From Desulfosalsimonadaceae bacterium (GTDB lineage: Bacteria; Desulfobacterota; Desulfobacteria; Desulfobacterales; Desulfosalsimonadaceae), in contig JAWOFF010000107.1 of NCBI GenBank assembly GCA_046482325.1, forward strand, positions 1,244-65,243: DNA of 64,000 bases, in the 5' to 3' direction. Every line of letters starts with the position of its first letter. Positions within the stretch are counted from its first letter, which is position 1. The notes beneath the pieces were generated by a model that was not told the DNA's origin, did not search any database, and saw nothing but the letters and a program-made list of their open reading frames with translations. Positions 38,892 through 48,750 of the stretch are shown in pieces. Position numbers and translations under genes: made by a program.

Positions 38892-39974
38892 TCAAAATGT
38901 GGCCAAAGCCTCTGTGGCGGCCTCTTTCACTGTTGCGGAATAGGCGCCTTCGACTACAGCCTCCAGCTTGGGCCGAACCCCTGTCTGGCCGGTTTCACCG
39001 AAGAGATACAAAATATCGCCCTTTACCGGATCCTCCACCTCGTCAAACTGCCGCCACAGTTCTCCCACCACCTCACGGATCAAATCGCTGCGCCTGCCGG
39101 CCAGATACTCTACAGTAACCATGGCCCCCAGCCTCACGGGCCACAAAACATGGGTGAGCAGCTCATAGAAGGCCGGAAAAATTTTGCCCGCCTCAGCCAT
39201 CATTTCCGCAAGCTCCGCCGCCTTTCCGTCATAGAGGATCTGCTTTAAGGTTTCGCTGCCAAGCTGGGCGGGGTCCCGGTTCACAAGCATATCAATAATT
39301 TCGGGAATCTGAATTGAGCCCGTCCAGCGAATCTGGTCGTCAAGAAAGACCGTCGGCACAGAGCTCACCTTGTCGGCTGCAGCCAGTTCAGGGAACATGC
39401 CCCCGTCGATTACAAACAAATGAATCATCTCCTGCTGCATGGCCAGTCCGGCAATGGATTCCACGGTTTGCGGACAGAAAGGGCAGGCGGCTGTAATATA
39501 AGCTTTTATCACAGCGGGCATGCCAAGCTTCTCCAGCACCTGCGTATCCGAGAAATGCCTTGATCCGGCCGCTTCCCCGCCACCCGAGAGCACACGCAAA
39601 AAGGGCTCCAGCTCATGGCCCTGCGGTACCGCCTGATACGTAATATTGGGGGAAATCTGGATTTTTGGCAGCTCATCTTCACCCTCCTGCTGGGTGGTTA
39701 CATGAAGCGCAGGAACAAGCCCGGCAATCTGCCGGGCAAAATCGTAAAACTGGCTGCTGCGGCTGTCGCTGCTCAAAATTACGTTCATGGGCCGAGGCGA
39801 GTCGATACGATTCGCCCATTGGGTTATGGTTTTTTCATCATTTCCCGTCATGAAAAAAATCCCTGCCTGTTTTTTATCTGATTTGCATTTCTTCGGTTTA
39901 TCCTCCTGCATTATACTGCCGTTTTGGCTATCCATACCGAATCTGTACGGAAATGACAATATGAATGTTTCCAT
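38892..39974 (-). CDS. thioredoxin-fold protein (AhpF-N/PDO-like double Trx fold, CPFC site) with a helical C-terminal domain
   Basis: 360 aa. AACPFCPQT followed by VSSVPTVFLD is typical of glutaredoxin-like Trx folds. The C-terminal third is helical-repeat-like, which I have not verified. The start is uncertain. Confidence 0.65.
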   Translation of the reverse strand: METFILSFPYRFGMDSQNGSIMQEDKPKKCKSDKKQAGIFFMTGNDEKTITQWANRIDSPRPMNVILSSDSRSSQFYDFARQIAGLVPALHVTTQQEGEDELPKIQISPNITYQAVPQGHELEPFLRVLSGGGEAAGSRHFSDTQVLEKLGMPAVIKAYITAACPFCPQTVESIAGLAMQQEMIHLFVIDGGMFPELAAADKVSSVPTVFLDDQIRWTGSIQIPEIIDMLVNRDPAQLGSETLKQILYDGKAAELAEMMAEAGKIFPAFYELLTHVLWPVRLGAMVTVEYLAGRRSDLIREVVGELWRQFDEVEDPVKGDILYLFGETGQTGVRPKLEAVVEGAYSATVKEAATEALATF

Positions 39975-39997
39975 GGGACAAAACCGTATTTTAAGGT

Positions 39998-40025
39998 TTT
40001 ACACCCCCGAAATCCATGTTATATT
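39998..40025 (+). promoter_or_regulatory. candidate promoter of the AdoMetDC-speE operon
   Basis: TTTACA (39998..40003), a 16-nt spacer, then TGtTATATT (hexamer 40020..40025). The track ATG at 40016 lies inside this -10 region. Confidence 0.4.
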
Positions 40026-40075
40026 TTATATCTTTTCGGACAACGCCCAGCAAAAAGAGTACAAGGATACATAAA

Positions 40076-41008
40076 TTGCCGACGCAATTTGAAGGACCGG
40101 AAAAAAAACTGGAAGTTATTCTTACCCGCCCGATCGCGGGACTGCAAAGCAACGAGGACGGACGTTGGGACCGGATTGTGCGCGCCTCCGGCTCGGAAAT
40201 CATAAGCAAGGCGAGCACCGATGTAATGGACGCCTACCTGCTGGCCGAATCCAGTCTTTTTATCTGGGACAACCGCATCCTGATCATTACCTGCGGCCAG
40301 ACCAGTCTGATTAATACCATTCCCGAAATCCTGAAAGTGGTGGATGAAGACGATGTGGCTCTGCTGTTCTATGAGCGCAAAAACCTTTTGTTCCCCAACT
40401 CCCAGTTGTCGGATTTTGAAACCGAGGCAGCCAGAATATCCGGATTTTTCCCGGGCAAAAGCTATAGGCTGGGGCCTGCAAATCATGACCATGTCCATAT
40501 ATTCTATTCCTCGCATGCGACAATCAGCGCGGGTGAAGATGCCACGCTGGAGCTGCTGATGCATGACCTGCATCCGGATGCCCTGCTGATGTATACCCCG
40601 GAAGGAGGTCAGACTTCCGATGACATTATACGGCTGACAGGCATCGATCGACTGTACACGGGCATGACCATAGACGCTTTCCTGTTCGAGCCTTTCGGCT
40701 ATTCCCTAAACGCTGTATCCGGAAGCGATTATTTCACCATACACGTGACACCTCAGAGCCAGGGCTCCTACGCCAGTTTTGAAACCAACCTGATAAGCGG
40801 GGACTTAAGCAATCTTATAAATCGCGTGCTCGGCATTTTCCAGCCGGGAAGGTTCTCTTTTGTTTTAACAAGCTCTGTAAATGACCGGCGTATCTCCGTG
40901 GACTCCTCGGCATTCGACGATGTCGCGGGCTTCCGCCCGACGGAGAAGAGCATCTACGAGTTTGACTGTGGCTACCAGGTCCGGTTTTCCAATTTCATCC
41001 GCAAATAG
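40076..41008 (+). CDS. S-adenosylmethionine decarboxylase proenzyme, eukaryote-type (class 2, SAM_decarbox family)
   Basis: Collinear with human AMD1 by eye: FEGPEKKLEV, AYLLAESSLFI (ES|S self-cleavage site), ITCGQT, LFYERKNL, TLELLMHDLHP, FEPFGYSLNA, YFTIHVTPQSQGSYASFETN. I prefer the TTG start at 40076 (AAGGA is 8 nt upstream, giving MPTQFEGPEK). The track ORF starts at ATG 40016. Confidence 0.85.
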   Translation: MPTQFEGPEKKLEVILTRPIAGLQSNEDGRWDRIVRASGSEIISKASTDVMDAYLLAESSLFIWDNRILIITCGQTSLINTIPEILKVVDEDDVALLFYERKNLLFPNSQLSDFETEAARISGFFPGKSYRLGPANHDHVHIFYSSHATISAGEDATLELLMHDLHPDALLMYTPEGGQTSDDIIRLTGIDRLYTGMTIDAFLFEPFGYSLNAVSGSDYFTIHVTPQSQGSYASFETNLISGDLSNLINRVLGIFQPGRFSFVLTSSVNDRRISVDSSAFDDVAGFRPTEKSIYEFDCGYQVRFSNFIRK

Positions 41009-41030
41009 CATATAAAGGGAAAAAACAGCA

Positions 41031-41921
41031 ATGAACGCCTTGAATCTATGGGTCCGTGAAATCCACCAGGATGCGGTGGCCCTTTCCTTTAAAGTTGAAA
41101 AAACCCTTTTTTCCGGAACCAGCCGGTACCAGCAGGTAGATGTCGTACAAACCGCAGATCACGGTGCGATGCTGTTAAATGACGGAATCGTCATGGTCTC
41201 GGAAAGAGACGAATACGTATACCATGAAATGATCGCACATGTTCCCCTTTTTGTGCATCCCGACCCATCGCGGGTGCTTGTTATCGGAGGCGGAGACGGC
41301 GGCACGGTGCGGGAGATTGTCAAGCATGAATCCGTCTCCCGGGTGGTGATGGTGGAAATCGATGAAATGGTGATAAACGCCTGCAGAGAGCACATGCCTT
41401 CCATCAGCTATGCCCTTGATGACCCAAGGGTTGAGCTGATTGTGGACGACGGCGTCAAGTTTGCGGCCAGCACCAGCGAAACCTTTGATGTGGTTTTAAT
41501 CGATTCCACGGACCCCATAGGACCGGCAGCGCCCTTGTTTGACCGCCGGTTCTACGAAAACGTCTCGAGCCTGCTTTCGGACAAGGGCATCATGATCAGC
41601 CAGGCGGAATCGCCCTTTTACGACTTTAAAATTCAATCAAGCATGCTGGGCAACCAGCGGCCTTTTTTTGAACGGCTCCACCTGTATACATTCACCAATC
41701 TTACGTATCCGGGCGGATTGTGGAGCTTTGGCTTCGGCTCCAGGGGCCTCTGCCCGATCACCGATTTTGATCCTGACCGCGCAGAAGCCCGGAATGTGCA
41801 TACCCTTTACTACACACCGGATATTCATGTAGCCTCCTTCGTGTTGCCAAAATTCGTGAAGGATAATCTCTCCGGCGTACTCGATCCCCTGCCCCGTGTG
41901 CGCCGGTTTGCAAACATTTAA
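41031..41921 (+). CDS. speE: spermidine synthase
   Basis: 296 aa with YHEMIAHVPL, VLVIGGGDGGTVREIVKH and DSTDPIGPA motifs. Confidence 0.95.
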   Translation: MNALNLWVREIHQDAVALSFKVEKTLFSGTSRYQQVDVVQTADHGAMLLNDGIVMVSERDEYVYHEMIAHVPLFVHPDPSRVLVIGGGDGGTVREIVKHESVSRVVMVEIDEMVINACREHMPSISYALDDPRVELIVDDGVKFAASTSETFDVVLIDSTDPIGPAAPLFDRRFYENVSSLLSDKGIMISQAESPFYDFKIQSSMLGNQRPFFERLHLYTFTNLTYPGGLWSFGFGSRGLCPITDFDPDRAEARNVHTLYYTPDIHVASFVLPKFVKDNLSGVLDPLPRVRRFANI

Positions 41922-41962
41922 CCCTCAATAAAGGAGGTCGCCGCTGGCGGCGGAATACACCC

Positions 41963-42640
41963 ATGAGCATCAACACGGTAAGCCGCATAGACAATCACGT
42001 AAAGCTCCGGCGTACGCTTATCAGCGTCTCTGACAAAAACGGGCTGGAAAATCTGGTGCCGGAACTGCTCAGACTGGCCCCGGACCTGGAGATCCTGTCA
42101 ACTGGCGGGACATACAAAAAAATTGCCGGCTTTCTGCCGGAAAGCGCTGCTTCGGCTCTGCTGCCTGTCTCTGAATATACAGGCCAGCCGGAAACACAGG
42201 GAGGGCTGGTGAAGACCCTGGATTTCAAGATCTACCTGGGACTGCTCACGGAAACCTATAACGAATCGCATCAGGCGGACCTGGCAAGAACCGGAGCCGG
42301 TCCTGTTGACTTGGTTGTGGCCAATCTCTACCCCTTTAAGCAGACGATCTCCCAAGAGGGGGTCACGGTGGAGGCGGCCCGCGGCAACATCGATATCGGC
42401 GGGCCATGCATGATCCGGGCGGCAGCCAAGAACTTTCTGCGGGTGGCCGCTGTGGTGGACCCGGCTGATTATTCCCTGCTTCTGGATGAACTGGCCGGCA
42501 CCGGGGGCTTTACCACGCTGGAAACCAGGAGCGCGCTTGCCAAGAAAGCATTTGCCCATACAGCCGGCTATGACAGTGCAATCGCCGAATACCTGCAGGG
42601 CCGCTCCGCCGATGAAATCAAAAACACCTACAATATCTGA
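41963..42640 (+). CDS. purH: IMP cyclohydrolase (stand-alone MGS-like N-terminal domain of PurH)
   Basis: 225 aa with SVSDKNGLENL, LSTGGTYKKI, DLVVANLYPF and NIDIGGPCMIRAAAKNF. It ends at the position of the PurH interdomain linker. Confidence 0.9.
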   Translation: MSINTVSRIDNHVKLRRTLISVSDKNGLENLVPELLRLAPDLEILSTGGTYKKIAGFLPESAASALLPVSEYTGQPETQGGLVKTLDFKIYLGLLTETYNESHQADLARTGAGPVDLVVANLYPFKQTISQEGVTVEAARGNIDIGGPCMIRAAAKNFLRVAAVVDPADYSLLLDELAGTGGFTTLETRSALAKKAFAHTAGYDSAIAEYLQGRSADEIKNTYNI

Positions 42641-42704
42641 ACACTTATGCACTAGTAATAAATTATTCCTATATCTGAACCAAACAAGCCGGGAGGGCGA
42701 GCAC

Positions 42705-43955
42705 ATGGCTGATGACATCAAGCAAATGTATAAAACCATCATGGACGACCACTTTCCGCCTCGCATGGAAATCAGCTTTGTAGACGAGAAAAGCCGCCAG
42801 ACACTTTTTTATGAAAAAGTCGACTGGGTAATCGGCAACGTGCGCAAGGGCCTGCGCTACGGGGAAAACCCGGGCCAGGAAGCCGCCCTTTACCGCCTTG
42901 TAAACGGCAACCTGGTCCTTGGCGGGACCCGGACCATCGCCCCGGGCAGGCATCTGGTCTCTGACGTTGAGCTTCTGCAGTCCGGCAAGCATCCGGGAAA
43001 AACCAACCTCACAGACGCGGACAACGCCTTAAATATCCTCCGTTACCTGACGGGGCAGCCGGCCGCGATCATTGTAAAGCACAACAACCCCTGCGGAGCC
43101 GCGATATCCGACTCCCTGGCCGATGCCTACCACAAGGCCTACATGGCCGACCGGGTAGCGGCCTTCGGCGGATGCATCGCTGTAAACCGTGCGCTTGACA
43201 AACAGACTGCCGGCGCCATTGCGGAACAGTACGCAGAGGTGGTTGCCGCCCCGGAGTTTGAGCAGGGGGTGATGGACATCCTTGCCCGCAGAAAGAACCT
43301 GCGTGTATTAAAAATTGAAAACATGGCGCGGCTTCAGGAATTTGCCGCCCAGCGCACAGTGGAATTTAAAAGCCTGATCGACGGCGGCATCATCACCCAG
43401 TTCTCCTACGTGCCGGAGGCCCGCTCACAGGCGGATTTCGAACCGGCTGAATGCGAATACAAGGGCGAGACCTACCGTATCGAGCGCCAGCCTACCGGGC
43501 AGGAGTACGCAGATCTTGTCTTCGGCTGGCTCCTGGAATCCGGAGTAACCTCCAACTCCGTCATTTATGTAAAAAACGGGGTATCAGTTGGCATAGGCAC
43601 CGGTGAGCAGGACCGGGTTGGCGTTGCTGAAATCGCGCGGGACAAGGCTTACCGAAAACTGGCGGATCGCTATTGCTTCGAGGCATGGGACACTGCATAC
43701 AACAATCTCAAGGATCCCGAAAAAAAGGCCGCTATTGACGAGCGGGTGGCCGGAGAAAAAGGCGGTCTCGAGGGGGCTGCCATGATAAGTGATGCCTTTT
43801 TCCCCTTCCGCGACGGCGTGGATGTAGGGCTGAGCGAGGGAGTTTCCGCAGTAGTCCAGCCAGGGGGCTCACTCAATGATTATCAGTCCATCCAGGCCTG
43901 CAACGAAGCAGGGGCAACCATGGTGTTTACCGGCCAGCGCAGTTTTAAACACTGA
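42705..43955 (+). CDS. purH: AICAR formyltransferase (stand-alone C-terminal domain of PurH)
   Basis: Start at ATG 42705 with SD GGGAGGG. LRYGENPGQEAALY, IVKHNNPCGAA, GIGTGEQDRV and SDAFFPFRDGVD motifs. The track start at 42486 overlaps the previous gene. Confidence 0.9.
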   Translation: MADDIKQMYKTIMDDHFPPRMEISFVDEKSRQTLFYEKVDWVIGNVRKGLRYGENPGQEAALYRLVNGNLVLGGTRTIAPGRHLVSDVELLQSGKHPGKTNLTDADNALNILRYLTGQPAAIIVKHNNPCGAAISDSLADAYHKAYMADRVAAFGGCIAVNRALDKQTAGAIAEQYAEVVAAPEFEQGVMDILARRKNLRVLKIENMARLQEFAAQRTVEFKSLIDGGIITQFSYVPEARSQADFEPAECEYKGETYRIERQPTGQEYADLVFGWLLESGVTSNSVIYVKNGVSVGIGTGEQDRVGVAEIARDKAYRKLADRYCFEAWDTAYNNLKDPEKKAAIDERVAGEKGGLEGAAMISDAFFPFRDGVDVGLSEGVSAVVQPGGSLNDYQSIQACNEAGATMVFTGQRSFKH

Positions 43956-43973
43956 GAGCTTTTTGCTTTGCCG

Positions 43974-45377
43974 TCAAATTTGACGGACCTTTATCATGTT
44001 CGTGGTGCCGGGCTCCCACAAGGGGTGGCCCGCGGTAATTACCAGAAGATCGCCTTCTTTTACATGTCCCGTCTCCCGCGCCTTACGAACCGCAGCATCC
44101 AACATTTCATCAACATCTCTGGCCCGGGGGACAAAACTGGGCATACAGCCCCAGTAAAGGCAGAGCCGCCGCACCGTCTGCCTGTCCGGAGAAAGTGCAA
44201 TAATCCGGCTTCGCGGACGAAATCTCGAAATTTGAGCCGCCGTAAATCCGGACTGGGTGGAGGCCACAATGGCTGCGGCTTTCAAATGATCGGCCAGGGT
44301 ACAGGCGGCATGAGCGACGGACTCCGATACATGGATATCGGTGATCATGGAGAATGATTTCTCGTAAGTATATGATTCTTCAGAGCTTTTGGCTATCCTG
44401 TGCATATAGGACACAGAGGCCACAGGATAAGCACCGCTGGCAGTTTCCTCAGACAGCATAACCGCATCGGTGCCGTCCAGCACGGCATTTGCTACATCTG
44501 TTGCCTCCGCCCGCGTTGGGCGAGGGGCGTCCACCATGGAACGTAGCATCTGGGTGGCTATAATCACCGGCTTTCCGGCGGCATTGGCCTTGCGCACAAG
44601 CTGCTTCTGGATCTCCGGCACCCGCTCGAGAGGAATCTCGACGCCGAGATCGCCGCGTGCCACCATGATACCGTCGGCAGCGGCGATAATGGCATCCATG
44701 TTTTTTACCGCCTCGTGTTTTTCGATCTTCGCAATCAGGGGGGTCTGCCTGCCACTGCGGCGGATCAGCTCCCTTGCCTCGAAAATATGTTCGGGCCTGC
44801 GCACAAAGGAAAGAGCTACAAAATCCACATCCTGGCTCAATCCGAACTTCAGGTCCTCCTTGTCCTTGTCGGTAAGCGCCGGGGCCCGTATCGTTCCCGA
44901 GGGCAGGTTGATCCCCTTGTGCGAGGTCAGCACCCCGCCTATCACAACCCGGCATTCTATATCCGTATCCGTTGTACGCAGCACATCCAGCTCCATCATG
45001 CCGTCAGCCAGCAGGATCACATCGCCTTTTTCCACGTCCTGGGGAAGCTGGGCATAGCTTACCGAAACCCGGTTTTTCCCCCCGTTTGCCGACTGGTTGG
45101 TAAGCGTCAGGGTATCGCCAGGCTCCAGCCGGATCCCCGGCGGATCAATGGCTCCGACCCGGATTTTGGGTCCGCAAAGATCCTGAAGAATGGCTACAGG
45201 CGTATCCTCTGCATCAGAAAACGAGCGGAGCTGCTCAATCACTGAGGCATGGCTCCCGTGGCTGCCATGAGAAAAATTAAGGCGGGCCACGTTCATCCCT
45301 TCGGCAATCATGTCCTTCAGGACCTTTTTATCCCGGCTGGAGGGGCCGATGGTGCATACGATTTTGGTTCTGGCCAT
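43974..45377 (-). CDS. pyk: pyruvate kinase
   Basis: 467 aa with TKIVCTIGPSS, NFSHGSH and MVARGDLGVEIP motifs. Confidence 0.95.
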   Translation of the reverse strand: MARTKIVCTIGPSSRDKKVLKDMIAEGMNVARLNFSHGSHGSHASVIEQLRSFSDAEDTPVAILQDLCGPKIRVGAIDPPGIRLEPGDTLTLTNQSANGGKNRVSVSYAQLPQDVEKGDVILLADGMMELDVLRTTDTDIECRVVIGGVLTSHKGINLPSGTIRAPALTDKDKEDLKFGLSQDVDFVALSFVRRPEHIFEARELIRRSGRQTPLIAKIEKHEAVKNMDAIIAAADGIMVARGDLGVEIPLERVPEIQKQLVRKANAAGKPVIIATQMLRSMVDAPRPTRAEATDVANAVLDGTDAVMLSEETASGAYPVASVSYMHRIAKSSEESYTYEKSFSMITDIHVSESVAHAACTLADHLKAAAIVASTQSGFTAAQISRFRPRSRIIALSPDRQTVRRLCLYWGCMPSFVPRARDVDEMLDAAVRKARETGHVKEGDLLVITAGHPLWEPGTTNMIKVRQI

Positions 45378-45396
45378 AGCTTTTTCGCCTCCCGCT

Positions 45397-47385
45397 TTAT
45401 CCCAGCATCACAGCTATCTTGTCCTGCCTGGCATTGACATGCTGAATGGTCACCTGGATAAGGTCTCCGGGCTTGAGTTCCCAGCTGCCGGATACCGGCA
45501 TCCGGCATTCCAGAAGGTACGCGGTGAGGAGGATGCCGTATTTGTTCCATTTCTTATCCAGCACAATCGCCTCTTCCTTGTGCCCGATTCGCTCTTCCAG
45601 GTACTTGAGCATCCAGTAGCGGAATCGCCGGGCCTGTGCGATGGCGGCATGTGACAGCGGCTGCTGGACCTGCTGTATAAGCTTTTCGATATCCGCTGCG
45701 CTGTAGCCCTGCTCCAGTTGAAAACAGGAACGGATCTGACGCTGGGTGACCAGGTCAAAGTACTTGCGGATGGGGGAGGTTGCCGTAACATAGGCGTCCA
45801 GGCCCAGCCCGGAATGGTGCTCCGCCTGAGTGGTTAGCACAACCCGGGAGAGCATCCGGCGCTGCATCCAGTTCTGAAAAAGCGTTGCCTCGTCCGGATC
45901 CCTGTAGAGCTTTCCCCGGGGCTCCGGCTGGGCCCGGAATACGGCGGGGACTTGGTTTTTCTGCAGAAACCGGGCCATGATCCAGTTGGCCATGATCATC
46001 ATCTCCGAGACCAGCAGCCGGGAGGGACTGCTGCGATCCAGCCTCTTTATGCTGATCTCACCCGAATCAAACACCCTGAGGCTTATTTCAGGCAGCGAGA
46101 TCAGCATCGCTCCGTCATAGAGGCGCTGATCCCGAAATCGCCTGGCAAGCTTGTGGAGCCGCTTAAGAGCCGGATCTGAGTCGGAGCACGAATCCGCTTC
46201 ATTGTAGCTTAGCTGCCGCTTGACCGAAGCATAGGCGGGCACGATCTCCTCGTCGCAGATGCCTCCGGTGGGGGTGACGGTAAAAAATATGCTGATCACC
46301 GGGCGGATGGCCCCCTCCTTAAGGCTGCAGATATCCTCAGCCATACGGGGCGGGAGCATTGGAATCTTTAAGTCCGGCATGTAAATGGAGGTGCCGCGCT
46401 GCATGATTTCCCTGTCAATAACGCCCCCCCGGACAACATAATGGCCCACGTCGGCAATATGGACGCCCACGCGGTGACCCTTATCAACAGGTTCGATGCT
46501 CAGGGCGTCGTCATAGTCCAGTGTTCCCTGGCCGTCTATGGTTATAAGATCCAGCCCGGCCAGATCCATCCTCTCCCTGCCGCCCAAATCACTGGTGCCC
46601 ACCGGCGGAAGATTGGATGCAGTCTCGTTTACAGGGGCGGAAAACTCTGTGGCGATCTCAAAGCGGTCCAGCTCCAGGTTCTGGTTCGTGGTCCAGACGC
46701 CCAGACGGACCAGGGCGTCAAAGATTACATCCGGATTCTCAACCCCGGCCTTTGCCACCAGGGCCTTGGCAAAGGAGTAGAACTGACTTTCCTTCCCGAA
46801 AAGGTAATAGGACTTTAAGGCCTCTGTAATATAGTGAAAGGATTCCGGCGGAGGCGGAGACTGGCCCGTGAGCAGGCGCCTGAACCATTCCCCGCCGTCT
46901 GCAATCAGTCTGGCCCGCTGCTCGCTCTGCTTCTGCCGGGCGATCTTTTCTTCGACCTCCTCCGGGGAATGGGGAAAAAAGAAGTCATAATCAAACTTAA
47001 AGTATATGCGGCTCTCAAAGCAGGCGCGTATCACAGCGGCCTCATGGTCGCCGTTGGCATTGTCCGGAAAGCAAAGTCCGGTCATGGTTTTAAGATCCAC
47101 CCATTCGTTAAGAGGCGTTAAAACCTCCCACAGTTCCCGGATATCAATGCTTTCCTTGATTGCCCGGCGGCGGGCGGCGGTTTCTTTGAGATCCTGGACG
47201 AGCCGGTCCCGATCCCTGTTGACGCTGATCCGGGTCCTGGATGCATGACAGAGACGACTGCACTTCTGATTGAGCTCCCGTCCCTTCTCATTCAACAGGC
47301 GCACCCGCTGCTGCTGGTCCTCAAGGACCACCGCGCAGAGGATCTGTTGCTGTTCAATATACTCAACGATTCGTCCGGCTTCCAT
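45397..47385 (-). CDS. RNB-domain 3'-5' exoribonuclease (RNase II/R family)
   Basis: 662 aa with TIDGQGTLDYDDALS, HIADVGHYV and GTSIYMPDLKIPMLP motifs. Confidence 0.85.
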   Translation of the reverse strand: MEAGRIVEYIEQQQILCAVVLEDQQQRVRLLNEKGRELNQKCSRLCHASRTRISVNRDRDRLVQDLKETAARRRAIKESIDIRELWEVLTPLNEWVDLKTMTGLCFPDNANGDHEAAVIRACFESRIYFKFDYDFFFPHSPEEVEEKIARQKQSEQRARLIADGGEWFRRLLTGQSPPPPESFHYITEALKSYYLFGKESQFYSFAKALVAKAGVENPDVIFDALVRLGVWTTNQNLELDRFEIATEFSAPVNETASNLPPVGTSDLGGRERMDLAGLDLITIDGQGTLDYDDALSIEPVDKGHRVGVHIADVGHYVVRGGVIDREIMQRGTSIYMPDLKIPMLPPRMAEDICSLKEGAIRPVISIFFTVTPTGGICDEEIVPAYASVKRQLSYNEADSCSDSDPALKRLHKLARRFRDQRLYDGAMLISLPEISLRVFDSGEISIKRLDRSSPSRLLVSEMMIMANWIMARFLQKNQVPAVFRAQPEPRGKLYRDPDEATLFQNWMQRRMLSRVVLTTQAEHHSGLGLDAYVTATSPIRKYFDLVTQRQIRSCFQLEQGYSAADIEKLIQQVQQPLSHAAIAQARRFRYWMLKYLEERIGHKEEAIVLDKKWNKYGILLTAYLLECRMPVSGSWELKPGDLIQVTIQHVNARQDKIAVMLG

Positions 47386-47432
47386 AAGCTGCCTGGATAT
47401 CAGGGGGCTTGGGCAAAGTCAAACACAGTCCG

Positions 47433-48674
47433 TCATTTGCGCTTTACAACCAGCGTCTTTATCCGGTGGCCCTCCATTTCTTTTACGGTTATGATGTACT
47501 TATCTATGACAATCTGCTCCTTCTCCCCGGGAATCCGCCCGATCTGCTCCAGGATGTAACCGGAGAAGGTCTCGTAATCAGGGGACTCGGGGATATTCAT
47601 ATGAAGCCTGGCGTTTACCGTGGGAACATCGGCAGCGCCCAGCACCAGCCATTCCCTGTTGCGGATTTTCACCACCGGGGGCTTGACAATATCGGTTTCA
47701 TCAACGATATCTCCCACGATGGCCTCCAGCACATCCTCCAGGGTCACAATGCCGGAGACCTCGCCGTACTCGTCGACAACAATGGCTGCGTGATCCTTGC
47801 GCTTTTTGAACTGGTTCAGCAGCTGGTCCAGCTTCTTATTCTCAGGAACAAAATAGGGCTCGCGCATAATGCGCTCTATGCTTATGCTCGCCGGAGAGCT
47901 CGTATGCTCGCGGAACAGGTCCTTAATGTTAACAATGCCTGCAACATGGTCAATATCTCCTTTAATTACCGGAATACGGGTAAATCCCGATTTTAAAATG
48001 CGCTCGATCTCGGGTTCGGCCGATTTGTCAATGACGAACATGTCCGCACTCGGGGTCATGATCTCCGATACGCTGATGTCGTCGAGCTTTACGATATTGT
48101 TGATCAGTTCCTTTTCCTCCGGGTTGATCTGGCCTTCATCATGGACGAACTCAACGAAAGTGATCAGCTCTTCCTCGGTTACGTGCGGCGCATTGCCGAT
48201 CCGGCCGGCAACTTTAGGAATAAAGTTCAAAAAGACAATCAGCGGATAGAAGACAAAAGAGAGCCAGTAAATCGGCATAATAACGGCCTTTGCCACCATC
48301 ACGTTATTGCGGGTGGCTACCGTTTTGGGAAAAATCTCACCAAATACCAGGATCAGAAAGGTCATGACGCCGGTTGCCGCTCCTATGGCATTGGCAAATG
48401 CCCGGCCCGGCACAAGCTCCCCGATAAAACTTATGGCAATGGCGGTGGCAAGCGAGGAGGCCGCGATGTTGACAAGGTTGTTGCCGATTAAAATCGTGGT
48501 TAAAAGCGTATGCGGACGGTCCTTCATATAAAGTATCATGCGGTTCAGCCGGCCGGCCTCCTTTGCCAGATGTTTTGCCCTTGCTGTAGAAATTGAGAAA
48601 AGAGCGGTCTCAGATGAGGAAAAAAAACCTGACAGCACAAGCAGCACCGCCAGCAGAATTAATTGTGTCGTCAT
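47433..48674 (-). CDS. CNNM/DUF21-CBS-CorC_HlyC family membrane protein (hemolysin/CorB-like)
   Basis: 413 aa. The N-terminal SGFFSSSETALFS TM domain, a CBS pair and a C-terminal transporter-associated domain are present. Confidence 0.85.
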   Translation of the reverse strand: MTTQLILLAVLLVLSGFFSSSETALFSISTARAKHLAKEAGRLNRMILYMKDRPHTLLTTILIGNNLVNIAASSLATAIAISFIGELVPGRAFANAIGAATGVMTFLILVFGEIFPKTVATRNNVMVAKAVIMPIYWLSFVFYPLIVFLNFIPKVAGRIGNAPHVTEEELITFVEFVHDEGQINPEEKELINNIVKLDDISVSEIMTPSADMFVIDKSAEPEIERILKSGFTRIPVIKGDIDHVAGIVNIKDLFREHTSSPASISIERIMREPYFVPENKKLDQLLNQFKKRKDHAAIVVDEYGEVSGIVTLEDVLEAIVGDIVDETDIVKPPVVKIRNREWLVLGAADVPTVNARLHMNIPESPDYETFSGYILEQIGRIPGEKEQIVIDKYIITVKEMEGHRIKTLVVKRK

Positions 48675-48750
48675 TTGCAGCTACTCCTGTATGCCCGGCT
48701 GCCGGGATTTAGAACAAAGCCCTCCTGGCTGCCCGGATAAAACATGCTCC

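Noticed and set aside
42486-42704. N-terminal extension of the AICAR transformylase ORF
   Set aside because: It overlaps the IMP cyclohydrolase gene. ATG 42705 has a strong SD, and the homologous sequence starts there.
41963-43955. Reading the split purH as a frameshifted pseudogene
   Set aside because: The break falls at the natural interdomain linker. The second gene has its own SD and ATG plus extra N-terminal residues. Both halves keep the catalytic motifs.
43971-43986. Hairpin CCGTCAA-AT-TTGACGG between the convergent purH and pyk genes as a terminator
   Set aside because: The loop is too small, there is no U-tract on either strand, and it overlaps the pyk stop codon.
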